Source: an uncultured Gemmatimonadota bacterium
GTDB taxonomy: Bacteria > Blakebacterota > Blakebacteria > Blakebacterales > Blakebacteraceae
Assembly: GCA_964576115.1 (NCBI GenBank)
Contig: CAZNUA010000008.1
Location: 1 to 64,000, forward strand
Direction of reading: 5' to 3'
Length of the DNA: 64,000 bases
Both the position numbers and the translations under genes were made by a program. Under the pieces are notes generated by a model that did no database searches, was not told the origin of the DNA, and worked only from the letters and a program-made list of their open reading frames with translations. This document shows positions 18,819 through 28,698 of this stretch, piece by piece (position 1 is the stretch's first letter; each line of letters begins with the position of its first letter).

Positions 18819-20696
18819 ATGCAGCTGGCTGGAATCGACTGGATCGTCATGGCCGCCTACGGCCTGATCGCTCTCGGGGTCGGCCTCTACTTCATGCGCC
18901 GGGCCGGCCAGGGGATCGACGAGTTCTTCCTCTCGGGACGCAAACTGCCCTGGTGGCTGCTGGGTACCTCGATGGTGGCCACCACCTTCTCGACCGATAC
19001 CCCCAACCTGGTGACCGATATCGTGCGTACCGGGGGGGTGAGCGGCAACTGGGTCTGGTGGGCCTTCGTTATCACCGGCATGTGCACGGTGTTCTTCTAC
19101 GCCAAACTCTGGCGGCGCTCGGGGGCCATGACCGACATGGGCTTTTACGAACTGCGCTACTCGGGCCGCCCGGCCGCCTTCCTGCGCGGTTTCCGTTCGA
19201 TCTACCTGGGGCTGTTCTTCAACGTCATGATCATGGCCACGGTGACCATGGCGGCCATCAAGATCGCCGGGGTCCTGCTGGGGGTGGACAAATACACCAC
19301 CGTGCTCATCTGCGCCACCGTGACAGCCATCTACTCCGCCTCCTCCGGTCTGTGGGGAGTGGTCATGACCGACCTGCTCCTGTTCGTGATCGCCATGGTG
19401 GGTTCGATCGCCGCCGCCGTCTTCGCCCTGCAGCAGCCCCAGGTGGGGGGCCTCGGCGGCCTGCTCAGTTCCCCCACCCTGGCCGGCAAGCTGAGCTTCC
19501 TGCCTGATTTCACCGACACCAGCTCGCTGCTGGCGATCTTCATCGTCCCCGTAGCGGTGCAGTGGTGGAGTACCTGGTACCCGGGAGCCGAACCAGGGGG
19601 AGGCGGGTACATTGCCCAGCGCATGCTTGCGGCCCGCAATGAAAAAGAGTCGATGCTCTCTACCCTGTGGTTCAACGTCGCCCACTACGCCCTGCGCCCC
19701 TGGCCGTGGATCCTTGTGGCCCTCTGTTCGGTTCTGGTCTACCCCACCCTCGATTCGATCCAGGCCGCTTTCCCGAACCTCGACCCCTCGATCATCGGCC
19801 ACGACCTGGCCTACCCGGCCATGCTGGTCTTCCTGCCCCACGGCCTGCTCGGTCTGGCGGTCGCCAGTCTGGCCGCGGCCTACATGTCGACCGTCAGCAC
19901 CCACCTGAACTGGGGTTCCTCCTATATCGTCGACGATTTCTACCGCCGCTTCATCACCACCTCGGCGAGCCCGAAACACTATGTTCTGGTCGCCCGGATC
20001 TCGACCGTCCTGCTCGTGATCCTGGCTTCGGTCGTCTCCCTCTGGCTCGAGAACGCCCTGCAGGCTTTCCGGATCCTGCTGCAGATCGGAGCCGGGACCG
20101 GCCTGATCTTCCTGCTGCGCTGGTTCTGGTGGCGGATCAACGCCTGGGGCGAGATCGCCGCCATGGTCATCTCCTTCACGGTGGCGATCTGGTTCGAATT
20201 CGTCCACGAGGCGGTGGGTCTGCCCCTGCTCGACCCCTCGCTGCGGCTCGTGATCGGCGTGGCCATCACTACCATCGGCTGGATCGCGGTCATGTTCCTG
20301 ACCCGGCCGGCTGATGAGGCCACCCTGCGTTCCTTCTACGAGAAAATCCGTCCCCTCGGGCCGGGCTGGCGACGGGTCGTCGGGCCGGATCCCGAGCCCG
20401 AGCGCGGTCCCGACGGCCGCCCGCGGGAAAACCTGAGTGCGGCCTTCCTGGCCTGGTTCCTGGGAATCGTGACGATTTACAGCGCCCTGTTCGGAACCGG
20501 CTTCCTGCTGTATGGCAAATTCGCACCCGCCGCCGTCGGTCTGGCCGTCTTCGTGGTTGCGGGGCGCTATCTGATTCAGATCTTCCCCCGGGTGGGCTTC
20601 GGCTCCAGCTCTACGGGGGAACCGACGGTACCGGGAGCCGGCCCGGTTGCTCCAGAAGAGGAGAATCGCGCCGGCGGAGAGGATCGATCGGGGTGA
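18819..20696 (+). CDS. Sodium:solute symporter (SSS/SLC5 family)
   Basis: Multiple TM helices; FFLSGRKLPWW, SMVATTFS, QRMLAA, LAAAYMST. Confidence 0.92.
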   Translation: MQLAGIDWIVMAAYGLIALGVGLYFMRRAGQGIDEFFLSGRKLPWWLLGTSMVATTFSTDTPNLVTDIVRTGGVSGNWVWWAFVITGMCTVFFYAKLWRRSGAMTDMGFYELRYSGRPAAFLRGFRSIYLGLFFNVMIMATVTMAAIKIAGVLLGVDKYTTVLICATVTAIYSASSGLWGVVMTDLLLFVIAMVGSIAAAVFALQQPQVGGLGGLLSSPTLAGKLSFLPDFTDTSSLLAIFIVPVAVQWWSTWYPGAEPGGGGYIAQRMLAARNEKESMLSTLWFNVAHYALRPWPWILVALCSVLVYPTLDSIQAAFPNLDPSIIGHDLAYPAMLVFLPHGLLGLAVASLAAAYMSTVSTHLNWGSSYIVDDFYRRFITTSASPKHYVLVARISTVLLVILASVVSLWLENALQAFRILLQIGAGTGLIFLLRWFWWRINAWGEIAAMVISFTVAIWFEFVHEAVGLPLLDPSLRLVIGVAITTIGWIAVMFLTRPADEATLRSFYEKIRPLGPGWRRVVGPDPEPERGPDGRPRENLSAAFLAWFLGIVTIYSALFGTGFLLYGKFAPAAVGLAVFVVAGRYLIQIFPRVGFGSSSTGEPTVPGAGPVAPEEENRAGGEDRSG

Positions 20697-21535
20697 CGAA
20701 CACGACCACGCATCGGGCCGTCGTCCTGGCGGCCGGTCTGGGAACCCGCATGCGCCGGGGCAGCGAGGCGGCCGGTCTGTCGGGGGCGAACCTGGAAGCC
20801 GCCCGGCAGGGCCTGAAGGGTCTCATCCGCCTGAACGGACGGCCCTTTCTCGATTATCAGATCCAGCGCCTGATCGAAGCCGGCTGCGACGAAATCTGTC
20901 TGGTACTGGCTCCGACCCGCACCCCTCTGCACGAACGGTACGAACGACTGGCTGAACGGCTCACCGACACCCGGCTGGCTTTCGCGGTCCAGGCCGAACC
21001 CCTGGGCACGGCCGATGCCCTGCTGGCCGCCGAAGAGTTCGCCGCCGGCGAACCCTTCCTGCTGCTGAACTCGGATAATCTCTACCCCCTGGAAGCCCTG
21101 CGCCGCCTGCTCTCCGGGCCCGCCCCCGCCCTGGTCGCCTTCGAGCGCAGCGGCATCGTCCGTTCCAATATTGCTCCGGAGAGAATCGCCGAGATGGCGA
21201 TCGTGACCGGCTACGAGGAAGGGGTACTGACCGACATCATCGAGAAGCCGGGTCGAGCGGAACGCGACCGTTTCCCCGAGGCGCCTCTCTCGATGAACTG
21301 CTGGCATTTCACCACCGGCATGTTCGCCGCCTGCCGGAGTATCGAGCCGCACCAGGAGCGCGGCGAGCTCGAGATCCCCACCGCGGTCCTGCACGGCATC
21401 CGCGAGATGGGGATGACCTTCCGGATTGTGCGCAGTGACCAGCCGGTCTTCGACATGACCGGCACGGCCGACATCCCCTCCCTGGAAGCGGTGACCCGCG
21501 AGATCTCCCTGACCCTGCCGGAGATCGAGGCGTGA
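20693..21535 (+). CDS. Sugar-1-phosphate nucleotidyltransferase (RmlA/GlmU-like)
   Basis: LAAGLGTRMR, K.L..GRPFLDY, Q.EPLGTADA, NSDNLY, IEKP, RGELEI. Confidence 0.88.
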   Translation: MTNTTTHRAVVLAAGLGTRMRRGSEAAGLSGANLEAARQGLKGLIRLNGRPFLDYQIQRLIEAGCDEICLVLAPTRTPLHERYERLAERLTDTRLAFAVQAEPLGTADALLAAEEFAAGEPFLLLNSDNLYPLEALRRLLSGPAPALVAFERSGIVRSNIAPERIAEMAIVTGYEEGVLTDIIEKPGRAERDRFPEAPLSMNCWHFTTGMFAACRSIEPHQERGELEIPTAVLHGIREMGMTFRIVRSDQPVFDMTGTADIPSLEAVTREISLTLPEIEA

Positions 21536-22905
21536 GGATCCCGGACGAGACCGACTTCATCAACGATCCTCTCCTCGACCGCTGCCGGGACACTCTCGGG
21601 CCCGGGCCGGATCCCGTGCGGGCCTTCGTTCCCGGCCGGGTCGAGCTGTTCGGCAAGCACACCGATTACGCCGGCGGCTCGAGTCTGCTGCTGGCTACCC
21701 GGCAGGGCCTGCGTATGGCCGCCCGCCCCGCCGCCGAAGAGCGGATCAGGATCATTCCGGCCGACCGGCCCGGTGACGTCCGTCTCTTCCGGCCCGGCGA
21801 ACGCCCCACCCTGCCCCCGGGTGACTGGCTGAACTATCCCGCCACCACAGCTCGCCGACTGGCTCTGAACTTCGGCTCTCAGGCTTCCCTCACCGGGGTC
21901 GATATCGCCTTTGCCGGCGACCTGCCGATCGCGGCCGGCATGAGCAGTTCGAGCGCCCTGATGGTGGCCACCTTTCTCGTGCTCGCCCACCTGTGGCATC
22001 TGGACGAGACCCCTGCCTGGCGGGCCGAGCTGAGCGAGGTCGAACGTCTGGTCGAGTACCTGGGGTGCGTGGAGAACGGCGAGAACTACGGCACCCTGGT
22101 CGGGGAATCGGGCGTGGGCACCTTCGGGGGAAGCGAAGACCATGCCGCCATGCTGCTCTGCCGTCCCGGTCGGATTGCGTCCTGCTCCTTCGCTCCCACC
22201 CGCCTGCACGAACAGATCGTCTGGCCCCGGGATTGGAGCTGTGTGATCGCTTCCTCTGGTGTCAGGGCCGAGAAGACCGGCGCCAGGCTCGCCGACTACA
22301 ACCGGGCCTCCCGCCGTGCCCGGCTGGCCGTCGAACTCTGGAACGAGGCCCGCGGAACCGGGCTGCGCCATCTCGGGGAACTCGCCGCTGGTCGGGACCG
22401 GAGCGAATGCGACGCGATCGTCGACTTCCTGGCCGCGCGGGGCCGGGCACGGGAGAACCGGAACGGACCGGGAGAACCGCAACCGGAACCGGAGGATCTC
22501 GATCCGGCCGGGCGGTTCCGTCAGTTCGTCGGTGAAGAATGTGTCTACACTCCGGCGGCCCGTGAAGCTCTTCGCACCGCCGACCTCGAGGCTCTCGGCC
22601 GGGCAGCCGAGCGGTCCCATCGGGCGGCCCGCGAGGACCTGGGCACCGTGATCCCCGAAACCGACCGGCTTCAGGCTCTGGCCCGTGAGGCGGGCGCGCC
22701 CGCGGCCTCGTATTTCGGGGCGGGCTTCGGGGGCAGCGTCTGGGCGGTCGTGCCCGAGACCGGAAGCGGTGCCGAAGCCTTCGCACGGACCTGGCTCGAG
22801 GCGTATACTCACGAGTTCCCGGAGCGATCGGAAACCGCGCTCACCCTCATCACCCGTCCCGGAGCTCCCGCCCGGGTCGCAGCGGCAGGAGAACAAGCGT
22901 GCTGA
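21532..22905 (+). CDS. GHMP-family galactokinase-like anomeric sugar kinase
   Basis: PGRVELFGKHTDY, PIAAGMSSSSA ATP loop, GSEDH, GAGFGG. Confidence 0.85.
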   Translation: MRIPDETDFINDPLLDRCRDTLGPGPDPVRAFVPGRVELFGKHTDYAGGSSLLLATRQGLRMAARPAAEERIRIIPADRPGDVRLFRPGERPTLPPGDWLNYPATTARRLALNFGSQASLTGVDIAFAGDLPIAAGMSSSSALMVATFLVLAHLWHLDETPAWRAELSEVERLVEYLGCVENGENYGTLVGESGVGTFGGSEDHAAMLLCRPGRIASCSFAPTRLHEQIVWPRDWSCVIASSGVRAEKTGARLADYNRASRRARLAVELWNEARGTGLRHLGELAAGRDRSECDAIVDFLAARGRARENRNGPGEPQPEPEDLDPAGRFRQFVGEECVYTPAAREALRTADLEALGRAAERSHRAAREDLGTVIPETDRLQALAREAGAPAASYFGAGFGGSVWAVVPETGSGAEAFARTWLEAYTHEFPERSETALTLITRPGAPARVAAAGEQAC

Positions 22906-24794
22906 CGCAGAAAGAGAGGATCCGGGTCGTCGTCCTCGACGATCATCGCCGGATCGCCCACGCCGTGGCCGACCGGATCAGCGACCTCATCACGGCCAAC
23001 AACGCCCGGGAACGGGCGACCGTCCTTGGTCTGGCCACCGGCTCGACCCCCCTCGGCATCTATCGCGAACTCATCCGGCGCCACCGCGACGAGGCCCTCG
23101 ATTTCTCCCGCGTCATCACTTTCAACCTCGACGAGTACTTCCCGCTCGATCCCGGTTCGATTCACTCCTACCGCCGCTACATGCACGAGAACTTCTTCGA
23201 CCACATCAACCTAGACCCCGCCAACATCCATATTCCCCGCAGCGACATCCCCGAGGATTCGGTGGACGATTTCTGCCACGAATACGAAGCGGCGATAGCC
23301 CGGGCGGGAGGCATCGATTTACAGATTCTCGGCATCGGCCGGACCGGTCACATCGGCTTCAACGAACCAGGGTCGGGGCGCGACTCGCGTACCCGGCTCA
23401 TCTACCTCGACACTGTCACCCGGCGCGACGCGGCCTCTGATTTCTTCGGCGAGGACAACGTCCCACTCAAGGCGATCACGATGGGCGTGGCCACCATCCT
23501 CGAAGCCCGCGAAATCGCCATGATCGCCCTGGGCGAGCACAAGGCCGAGATCATCCGGCGGGCGGTCGAAGGACCGGTCGACCAGGAGGTGGCAGCCAGC
23601 TACCTGCAGCAGCATCCCGACGCCACCGTCTACCTCGATCCCCCCACCGCGGCCGCCCTGACCCGCTTCCGGACCCCCTGGCTGCTCGGGCCGGTGGAGT
23701 GGAACCAGGCGGCCGAAACCAAGGCCGTCATGTGGTTGAGCCGGACCACGGGTAAATCGATCCTGCGCCTCGAAACCCGCGACTACCGGACAAACCATCT
23801 CAGCGCCCTGGCGGCCCGGTGGGGTTCAGCCGCCCCCCTGAACGGCGAAATCTTCAACCGGCTGATCGCCAAGATCCGGGGCCGCAGCAAGCTGCCTGAA
23901 GACCGTCGCATTCTCGTTTTTTCCCCCCACCCCGACGACGACGTCATCTCGATGGGGGGGATCCTGCACAAGCTGCAGCTCAACGGTAACGAGATCACGG
24001 TCGCGTACCAGACCTCGGGGAACATCGCCGTTTTCGACCACGAGGTCCGGCGCTACCTCGACTTCATCCGGCGGGCCGAGGGGGTGCTCGGTATCGGCCC
24101 CGAGGAACTCGGCTCGGTGAGCAACCGGATCGAAACCTTCCTCGCCGCCAAGGAACCGGGCGAAGTTGATATCGAGGAGGTCCTGCAGCTCAAACGGGCC
24201 ATCCGGGAGTCCGAAGCGGTGTCGGCGATCAGAACCCTGGGTCTGGTGCCCGATCAGGCCCGCTTTCTCAACCTGCCCTTCTACCGCACCGGCGAGGTCC
24301 GCAAGGACCCGGTCGGGCCCGAGGACGTTGCCATCATCCTCGCCCTGCTCGAGGAACTCGAGCCCGAGATCGTCTTCGCGGCCGGCGACATGTCCGATCC
24401 ACACGGCACCCATCGCATGTGCCTCGAAGCCATTCAGCAGGCACTCGACGCCTGTGGCGGGCCCGAACCCGAGATCTGGCTCTACCGCGGGGCCTGGCAG
24501 GAGTGGCCGCTGGCCGAGGCGACCGTCCTGGTGCCCCTCTCGCAGGAAGAACTGAATCTGAAGATCCTGGCCATTTTCAAGCACGAATCGCAGAAGGACC
24601 GGGCACCCTTCCCCGGTCCCGAGGAACGCGAGTTCTGGCAACGGGTGGAGGACCGCAACCGGGGAGCGGCGGTCGAACTCGAGCGCCTCGGGCTGCCGGC
24701 CTACTACGCCCTGGAAACCTACGTTGTACGCCATGGCGGGGCCCTGCTCGACAACCCGCCGATCGCCACCGCCGAACTGGCCGACGGGGTCTGA
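22899..24794 (+). CDS. nagB: Glucosamine-6-phosphate deaminase, long form with C-terminal PIG-L-like deacetylase domain
   Basis: LGLATGSTP, FNLDEY, LGIGRTGHIGFNEPGS, ITMGV; C-terminal SPHPDDD and DPHGTH. Confidence 0.93.
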   Translation: MLTQKERIRVVVLDDHRRIAHAVADRISDLITANNARERATVLGLATGSTPLGIYRELIRRHRDEALDFSRVITFNLDEYFPLDPGSIHSYRRYMHENFFDHINLDPANIHIPRSDIPEDSVDDFCHEYEAAIARAGGIDLQILGIGRTGHIGFNEPGSGRDSRTRLIYLDTVTRRDAASDFFGEDNVPLKAITMGVATILEAREIAMIALGEHKAEIIRRAVEGPVDQEVAASYLQQHPDATVYLDPPTAAALTRFRTPWLLGPVEWNQAAETKAVMWLSRTTGKSILRLETRDYRTNHLSALAARWGSAAPLNGEIFNRLIAKIRGRSKLPEDRRILVFSPHPDDDVISMGGILHKLQLNGNEITVAYQTSGNIAVFDHEVRRYLDFIRRAEGVLGIGPEELGSVSNRIETFLAAKEPGEVDIEEVLQLKRAIRESEAVSAIRTLGLVPDQARFLNLPFYRTGEVRKDPVGPEDVAIILALLEELEPEIVFAAGDMSDPHGTHRMCLEAIQQALDACGGPEPEIWLYRGAWQEWPLAEATVLVPLSQEELNLKILAIFKHESQKDRAPFPGPEEREFWQRVEDRNRGAAVELERLGLPAYYALETYVVRHGGALLDNPPIATAELADGV

Positions 24795-24898
24795 GCCGGG
24801 GTTCGGGCCCGGTCCCGGGAACGGAACCGCACCCGTACCGGCGGGCGCAACGCTGCCCGCGTGCCGCCAAAACCGGAACACCTGAGGGAGAACCGAGC

Positions 24899-25654
24899 AT
24901 GAAGGGTCTGACCGACAAACGGGTTCTGATCACCGGCGGAGCCGGAGGAATCGGCCTGGCCGCCGCCGAACGTTTTCTGGCCGAGGGGAGCCTGGTCACC
25001 CTGCTGGACGCCGACTCCGACGCCCTCGACCGGGCGTCGTCGGAGCTGCCCGGCCTGACCGGAACTCTCGTCGCCGACGTCACCTCGCCGCCGGAGGTCC
25101 AGAGTGCTCTCGACGAACTGGCCGGCAACCTCGGCGGGCTCGACGTGCTGATCAACAACGCCGGGATCAGCCTGCGGCATCCTTTTCTCGAGATCACAGA
25201 CGACGAGTGGCGGCGGGTGATCGACGTCAACCTGACCGGAATCTTCACCGTGGGTCAGCTCACCGCCCGACGCATGCTCGCGGGCGGCGGGGGGACGATC
25301 GTCAATACCGCTTCGACCAACGCCCTGGTCGGGTATCACTATTACGCCGACTACAACGCCTCGAAGGCCGGCGTGGTCGAGCTGACCCGCTCGATGGCAC
25401 TCGAGCTGGCCCCGGCGATCCGGGTCAACGCGGTCTGCCCCGGTTTCATCCTCACACCCATGCAGGAAGCCGAATACACCGCCGAGATGCAGCAGGCGTT
25501 CGCCGCCAGGCTCCCCCTCGACCGGCTCGGCCGGCCCGAGGACGTCGCCGCCCTCTTCGCCTTTCTGGCCTCGGATGAGGCCGCCTTCATCACCGGTCAG
25601 ACAGTCGTCATCGACGGGGGCGAGATCGCCGGCGGGTTGACCAGCCAGCCCTGA
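24899..25654 (+). CDS. Classical SDR oxidoreductase (probably NAD-dependent)
   Basis: TGGAGGIG, Asp after beta2, NNAG, YNASK, VNAVCPG, FITGQ..DGG. Confidence 0.92.
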   Translation: MKGLTDKRVLITGGAGGIGLAAAERFLAEGSLVTLLDADSDALDRASSELPGLTGTLVADVTSPPEVQSALDELAGNLGGLDVLINNAGISLRHPFLEITDDEWRRVIDVNLTGIFTVGQLTARRMLAGGGGTIVNTASTNALVGYHYYADYNASKAGVVELTRSMALELAPAIRVNAVCPGFILTPMQEAEYTAEMQQAFAARLPLDRLGRPEDVAALFAFLASDEAAFITGQTVVIDGGEIAGGLTSQP

Positions 25655-25657
25655 CGA

Positions 25658-26791
25658 TCAACCCAGCAGGCCCGCATCGGCAGCCACGAAACGGTCCCGC
25701 CAGGTGCTGAGCATGCGGGTGAATCCCTTGACCAGGTCGGGAGCGAATTTGGATCCGGTGCCTGCGGTGAGGACCTCCATGATACGCTCGAGTCCCAGCT
25801 CGGGTTCGTACGGCCGCCTGGTGCGCATGGCGTCATAGACGTCGCAGAGACGAACGACCTGACTGATGCGGTGCGGAGTGCGCGGGTAGATGAATTCGGG
25901 GTACCCCGAACCGTCGAGATCGAGATGATGCTCGCTGGCTGCCACCGCAGCGGCGCCGAACCGCTCCCCCGAACGCATCAGGATCCGGGCTCCCTCCAGG
26001 GGATGGCGGCGGATCACCGACCACTCCTCGTCGGTCAGCTCGCCCGGCTTGTTGAGGATCTCCTCGGGCACGGTCACCTTGCCGATATCGTGCAGCAGGG
26101 CGGCTTCGGCGATGAGCATTATCTCCGGTTCGGCCAGCTGCATGAACTCGCCCAGGGCCACCGCCAGCACGCTGGTGTTGAGCGCACGGACGACCGCGAG
26201 TTCGGAGCCTTCGGTTATCGGCACCTGGGGAATGACGAGTTCCTCTTCGGCGTGCATCACACCCCAGATCGAATCGAGCACGCCGGCCGACAGCGCCGCG
26301 TGGATGGCTCCGTTGGCGCTTGCTTCGGTGAAGAGCCCGTCGGCCATTTCGGCCTGTTCGTAGAGGTTGAAGAGGGTGTAGCCGCCGGTCCCGTCAAGCA
26401 GGCTGACCGGGCCGAAACGGATGTTATCGAATTCCCCCGGCTGGATATCGGCGTACTCCTTGCGGCCGGCGATCAGGTCGGCCAGCTCGATGACGAAGAC
26501 TCCGACCTCTTCGCGGGTGACGCCGGTCCCCAGTTCGAGCCGTTCGATTCCGTTTTCCGCCAGACGGGCCGCGAGAGCCCAATTGCGCAGTCCGCGCAGG
26601 GGTGTCTCGCCGTACACGACCTCGTCGGCGAGAAAGGTGAAAACCACGGTCGCGCTATCTTCCTGCAGGTCGAGGAGGTTGGTATAGGCGTCTTCGAGAG
26701 CCTTCTCGCGAGCCGGGTGCCCTTCGGCGTAGAGCCCTATCGCCGACAGACAGTGCGAGAGGGCGTGCAGGAAACCTACCGCGGCGCTCAT
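25658..26791 (-). CDS. HD-GYP domain protein (c-di-GMP phosphodiesterase-like) with uncharacterised N-terminal domain
   Basis: LHDIGK, ILNKPG.LT, HP..GA, HHLDLDGSGYP, DVYDAM..RPY. Confidence 0.85.
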   Translation of the reverse strand: MSAAVGFLHALSHCLSAIGLYAEGHPAREKALEDAYTNLLDLQEDSATVVFTFLADEVVYGETPLRGLRNWALAARLAENGIERLELGTGVTREEVGVFVIELADLIAGRKEYADIQPGEFDNIRFGPVSLLDGTGGYTLFNLYEQAEMADGLFTEASANGAIHAALSAGVLDSIWGVMHAEEELVIPQVPITEGSELAVVRALNTSVLAVALGEFMQLAEPEIMLIAEAALLHDIGKVTVPEEILNKPGELTDEEWSVIRRHPLEGARILMRSGERFGAAAVAASEHHLDLDGSGYPEFIYPRTPHRISQVVRLCDVYDAMRTRRPYEPELGLERIMEVLTAGTGSKFAPDLVKGFTRMLSTWRDRFVAADAGLLG

Positions 26792-28698
26792 GCCTGGCCT
26801 CTCCCCGCTCCGTCCGTACGATCCCCGCCGGTTTCACTCGCTGAGGTCGGCCTGGGGCCGGACCTGGTCGCCACCGCCTTGATCTGGGGATCCTTCGACT
26901 TGCGGGCCGCCGCGACGATGCGGCGCACCCGGGAGTTCGAGGCCCAGTTGCGGACCAGTATCTCCAGGGCTTCGAGCATCTCCGAACTCTTCGGCGCCAG
27001 GGCGTAGATGACGAAAAAACGCCGCTGCCAGGTCAATTCTATGAGAGCGGACAGCACCTCGGGTGAATCGGCGTACGCCAGGGCCCTGATACCGGCCCGG
27101 CGCATGGCCGCCGGCTCGCGCCGGTCGGTGGCCATGCGGATGAGCCGGGAAACCAGATCGGGGGGACAATCCCGGGCGATCTCGGTCAGCGCGAAAGACA
27201 CGATGTCTGGATCGGGATCGCGCAGGGCGGTATAGAGTACACGCTCCCGCTCATCGTCGAGCTGCAGGCCGAATTCGAGCGCCTGCCGGCGCACCCCCCG
27301 GTCGTCATCGAGATAAAAGGAGGAGGGATGAAAATTTTCGGGGAGCGGGTCGATCCGGCTCAGGATGCTGAGCATGGCGCCGCGTACCCGGGGATCGGGT
27401 TCCTCCAGACGTTCGACCGCCAGCGGACCGACCTCCCCACCCAGGGCGATCAGTCGTCGGGCGAGTTCGCCGCGCACGTCCTCCTGCGTAGCGTCCACCA
27501 GGGTTGCCAACAGAGCCGGGGCTGCGGCGGAACCGAAGATTCGGATCAATCGGTCGACGGCGTCCAGGTCGGGGGACTCTCCGGCCATGAGCCGTTGCAG
27601 ATTTTTCGGACGGCCGATCCACTCCCGGATCTCCCCGGCCCCGGCATTGTCTTCGGGTGCCGCTTCCAGGATGTCGGCTACCGTGCCGGCCCGGGCCTCG
27701 GCGACCAGGGTCTTCATGGACCGCTGGGCCGCGGGCGAGATCTCGGCCAGTTCGACCCCGAGCCGGAGCACACGTTCCGGCTCGATCGGTCCGACCCAGA
27801 CCGCCTCGACGGTCTCGAAGCCCTCCCCGACACCACCCGATGGGTCTCCCTCACCGGTCCGGCCCTCGAGCTGGCCGACCAGTTCGCCGAGCACCTCACC
27901 CGGCGAAACCCGTCGCTCGCTGCCCTCCCCGGCGAGCGATTTCCCGAGACGCGAAATCAGACCCAGCATGGTGGCGGCCGCCCGGTCCTGCCCCCCGCTC
28001 GAGCGGACCCGTTCGATGAGCCGGGCCACCGCCCGCTCGGGAATCCCGCCGACACCCTCGCTCTTCATGACTGTCTGGAACGCTTCCCGCAACCGGTCAC
28101 GGGCCCCGGAGTCGAGGTTGTCCAGCAGACCGGCGATCTGGCGCTGCAGCTCGCTCTCCCCGGCGTCGCCCGTACCCCCCGGGCCGCCCTCCCCGGCTTC
28201 GCCTCCCCGGCCGCTGCCGGCCAGCACGTCGCCGGTCTGGTCCTCATCATCGTCCTCCTCCGAGCCCCGGGCCAGTCTCAGGTCGGCATAGGGAACCGGT
28301 TCGAGATCGATATGCGGCCAGCGGGCCAGGACCTCGGGGGCTGAAGCTCCGAAGGGTTCTCCCACCGCTCCCGCCGCCTCGGCCAGCACACCCAACAGGC
28401 CGGCCAGTTCCTCGGTCGTGATCCCCGCCCGCAGAGTGATCTGGTGCAGCTGGTGGGAGTGGACGCGCCGGGCGAAACCGGACAGCAAAGCGCTGTCGGG
28501 ATCGGTCTCGATCCCGCCGCACACGATCCGGTCACCGGTCACCCGCATGTTCACGGCTTCTTCGGTGCGCAGCAGTTCCAGCAGCCGGTCGTGCACCTCG
28601 GCTGCGGTCGAGGTGCGCGCGGGATGCCCCTCCGGGTACATGCCGTAGCGCTGGACCGCCCGCGCCAGTTCGCTCAGCAGTCCCTCAATGTCCGCCAA
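26788..28698 (-). CDS. HEAT-repeat protein with uncharacterised N-terminal domain
   Basis: C-terminal HEAT-like units (EPDPRVRGAMLSIL, DDDRGVRRQAL, DPDPDIVSFAL); TTG start; 4-nt overlap with the HD-GYP gene. Confidence 0.75.
   Translation of the reverse strand: MADIEGLLSELARAVQRYGMYPEGHPARTSTAAEVHDRLLELLRTEEAVNMRVTGDRIVCGGIETDPDSALLSGFARRVHSHQLHQITLRAGITTEELAGLLGVLAEAAGAVGEPFGASAPEVLARWPHIDLEPVPYADLRLARGSEEDDDEDQTGDVLAGSGRGGEAGEGGPGGTGDAGESELQRQIAGLLDNLDSGARDRLREAFQTVMKSEGVGGIPERAVARLIERVRSSGGQDRAAATMLGLISRLGKSLAGEGSERRVSPGEVLGELVGQLEGRTGEGDPSGGVGEGFETVEAVWVGPIEPERVLRLGVELAEISPAAQRSMKTLVAEARAGTVADILEAAPEDNAGAGEIREWIGRPKNLQRLMAGESPDLDAVDRLIRIFGSAAAPALLATLVDATQEDVRGELARRLIALGGEVGPLAVERLEEPDPRVRGAMLSILSRIDPLPENFHPSSFYLDDDRGVRRQALEFGLQLDDERERVLYTALRDPDPDIVSFALTEIARDCPPDLVSRLIRMATDRREPAAMRRAGIRALAYADSPEVLSALIELTWQRRFFVIYALAPKSSEMLEALEILVRNWASNSRVRRIVAAARKSKDPQIKAVATRSGPRPTSASETGGDRTDGAGRGQA

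Noticed and set aside
22451-22495. GAACCG-rich tandem low-complexity stretch
   Set aside because: In-frame Pro/Glu/Gly loop within the GHMP kinase; no sign of phase variation.
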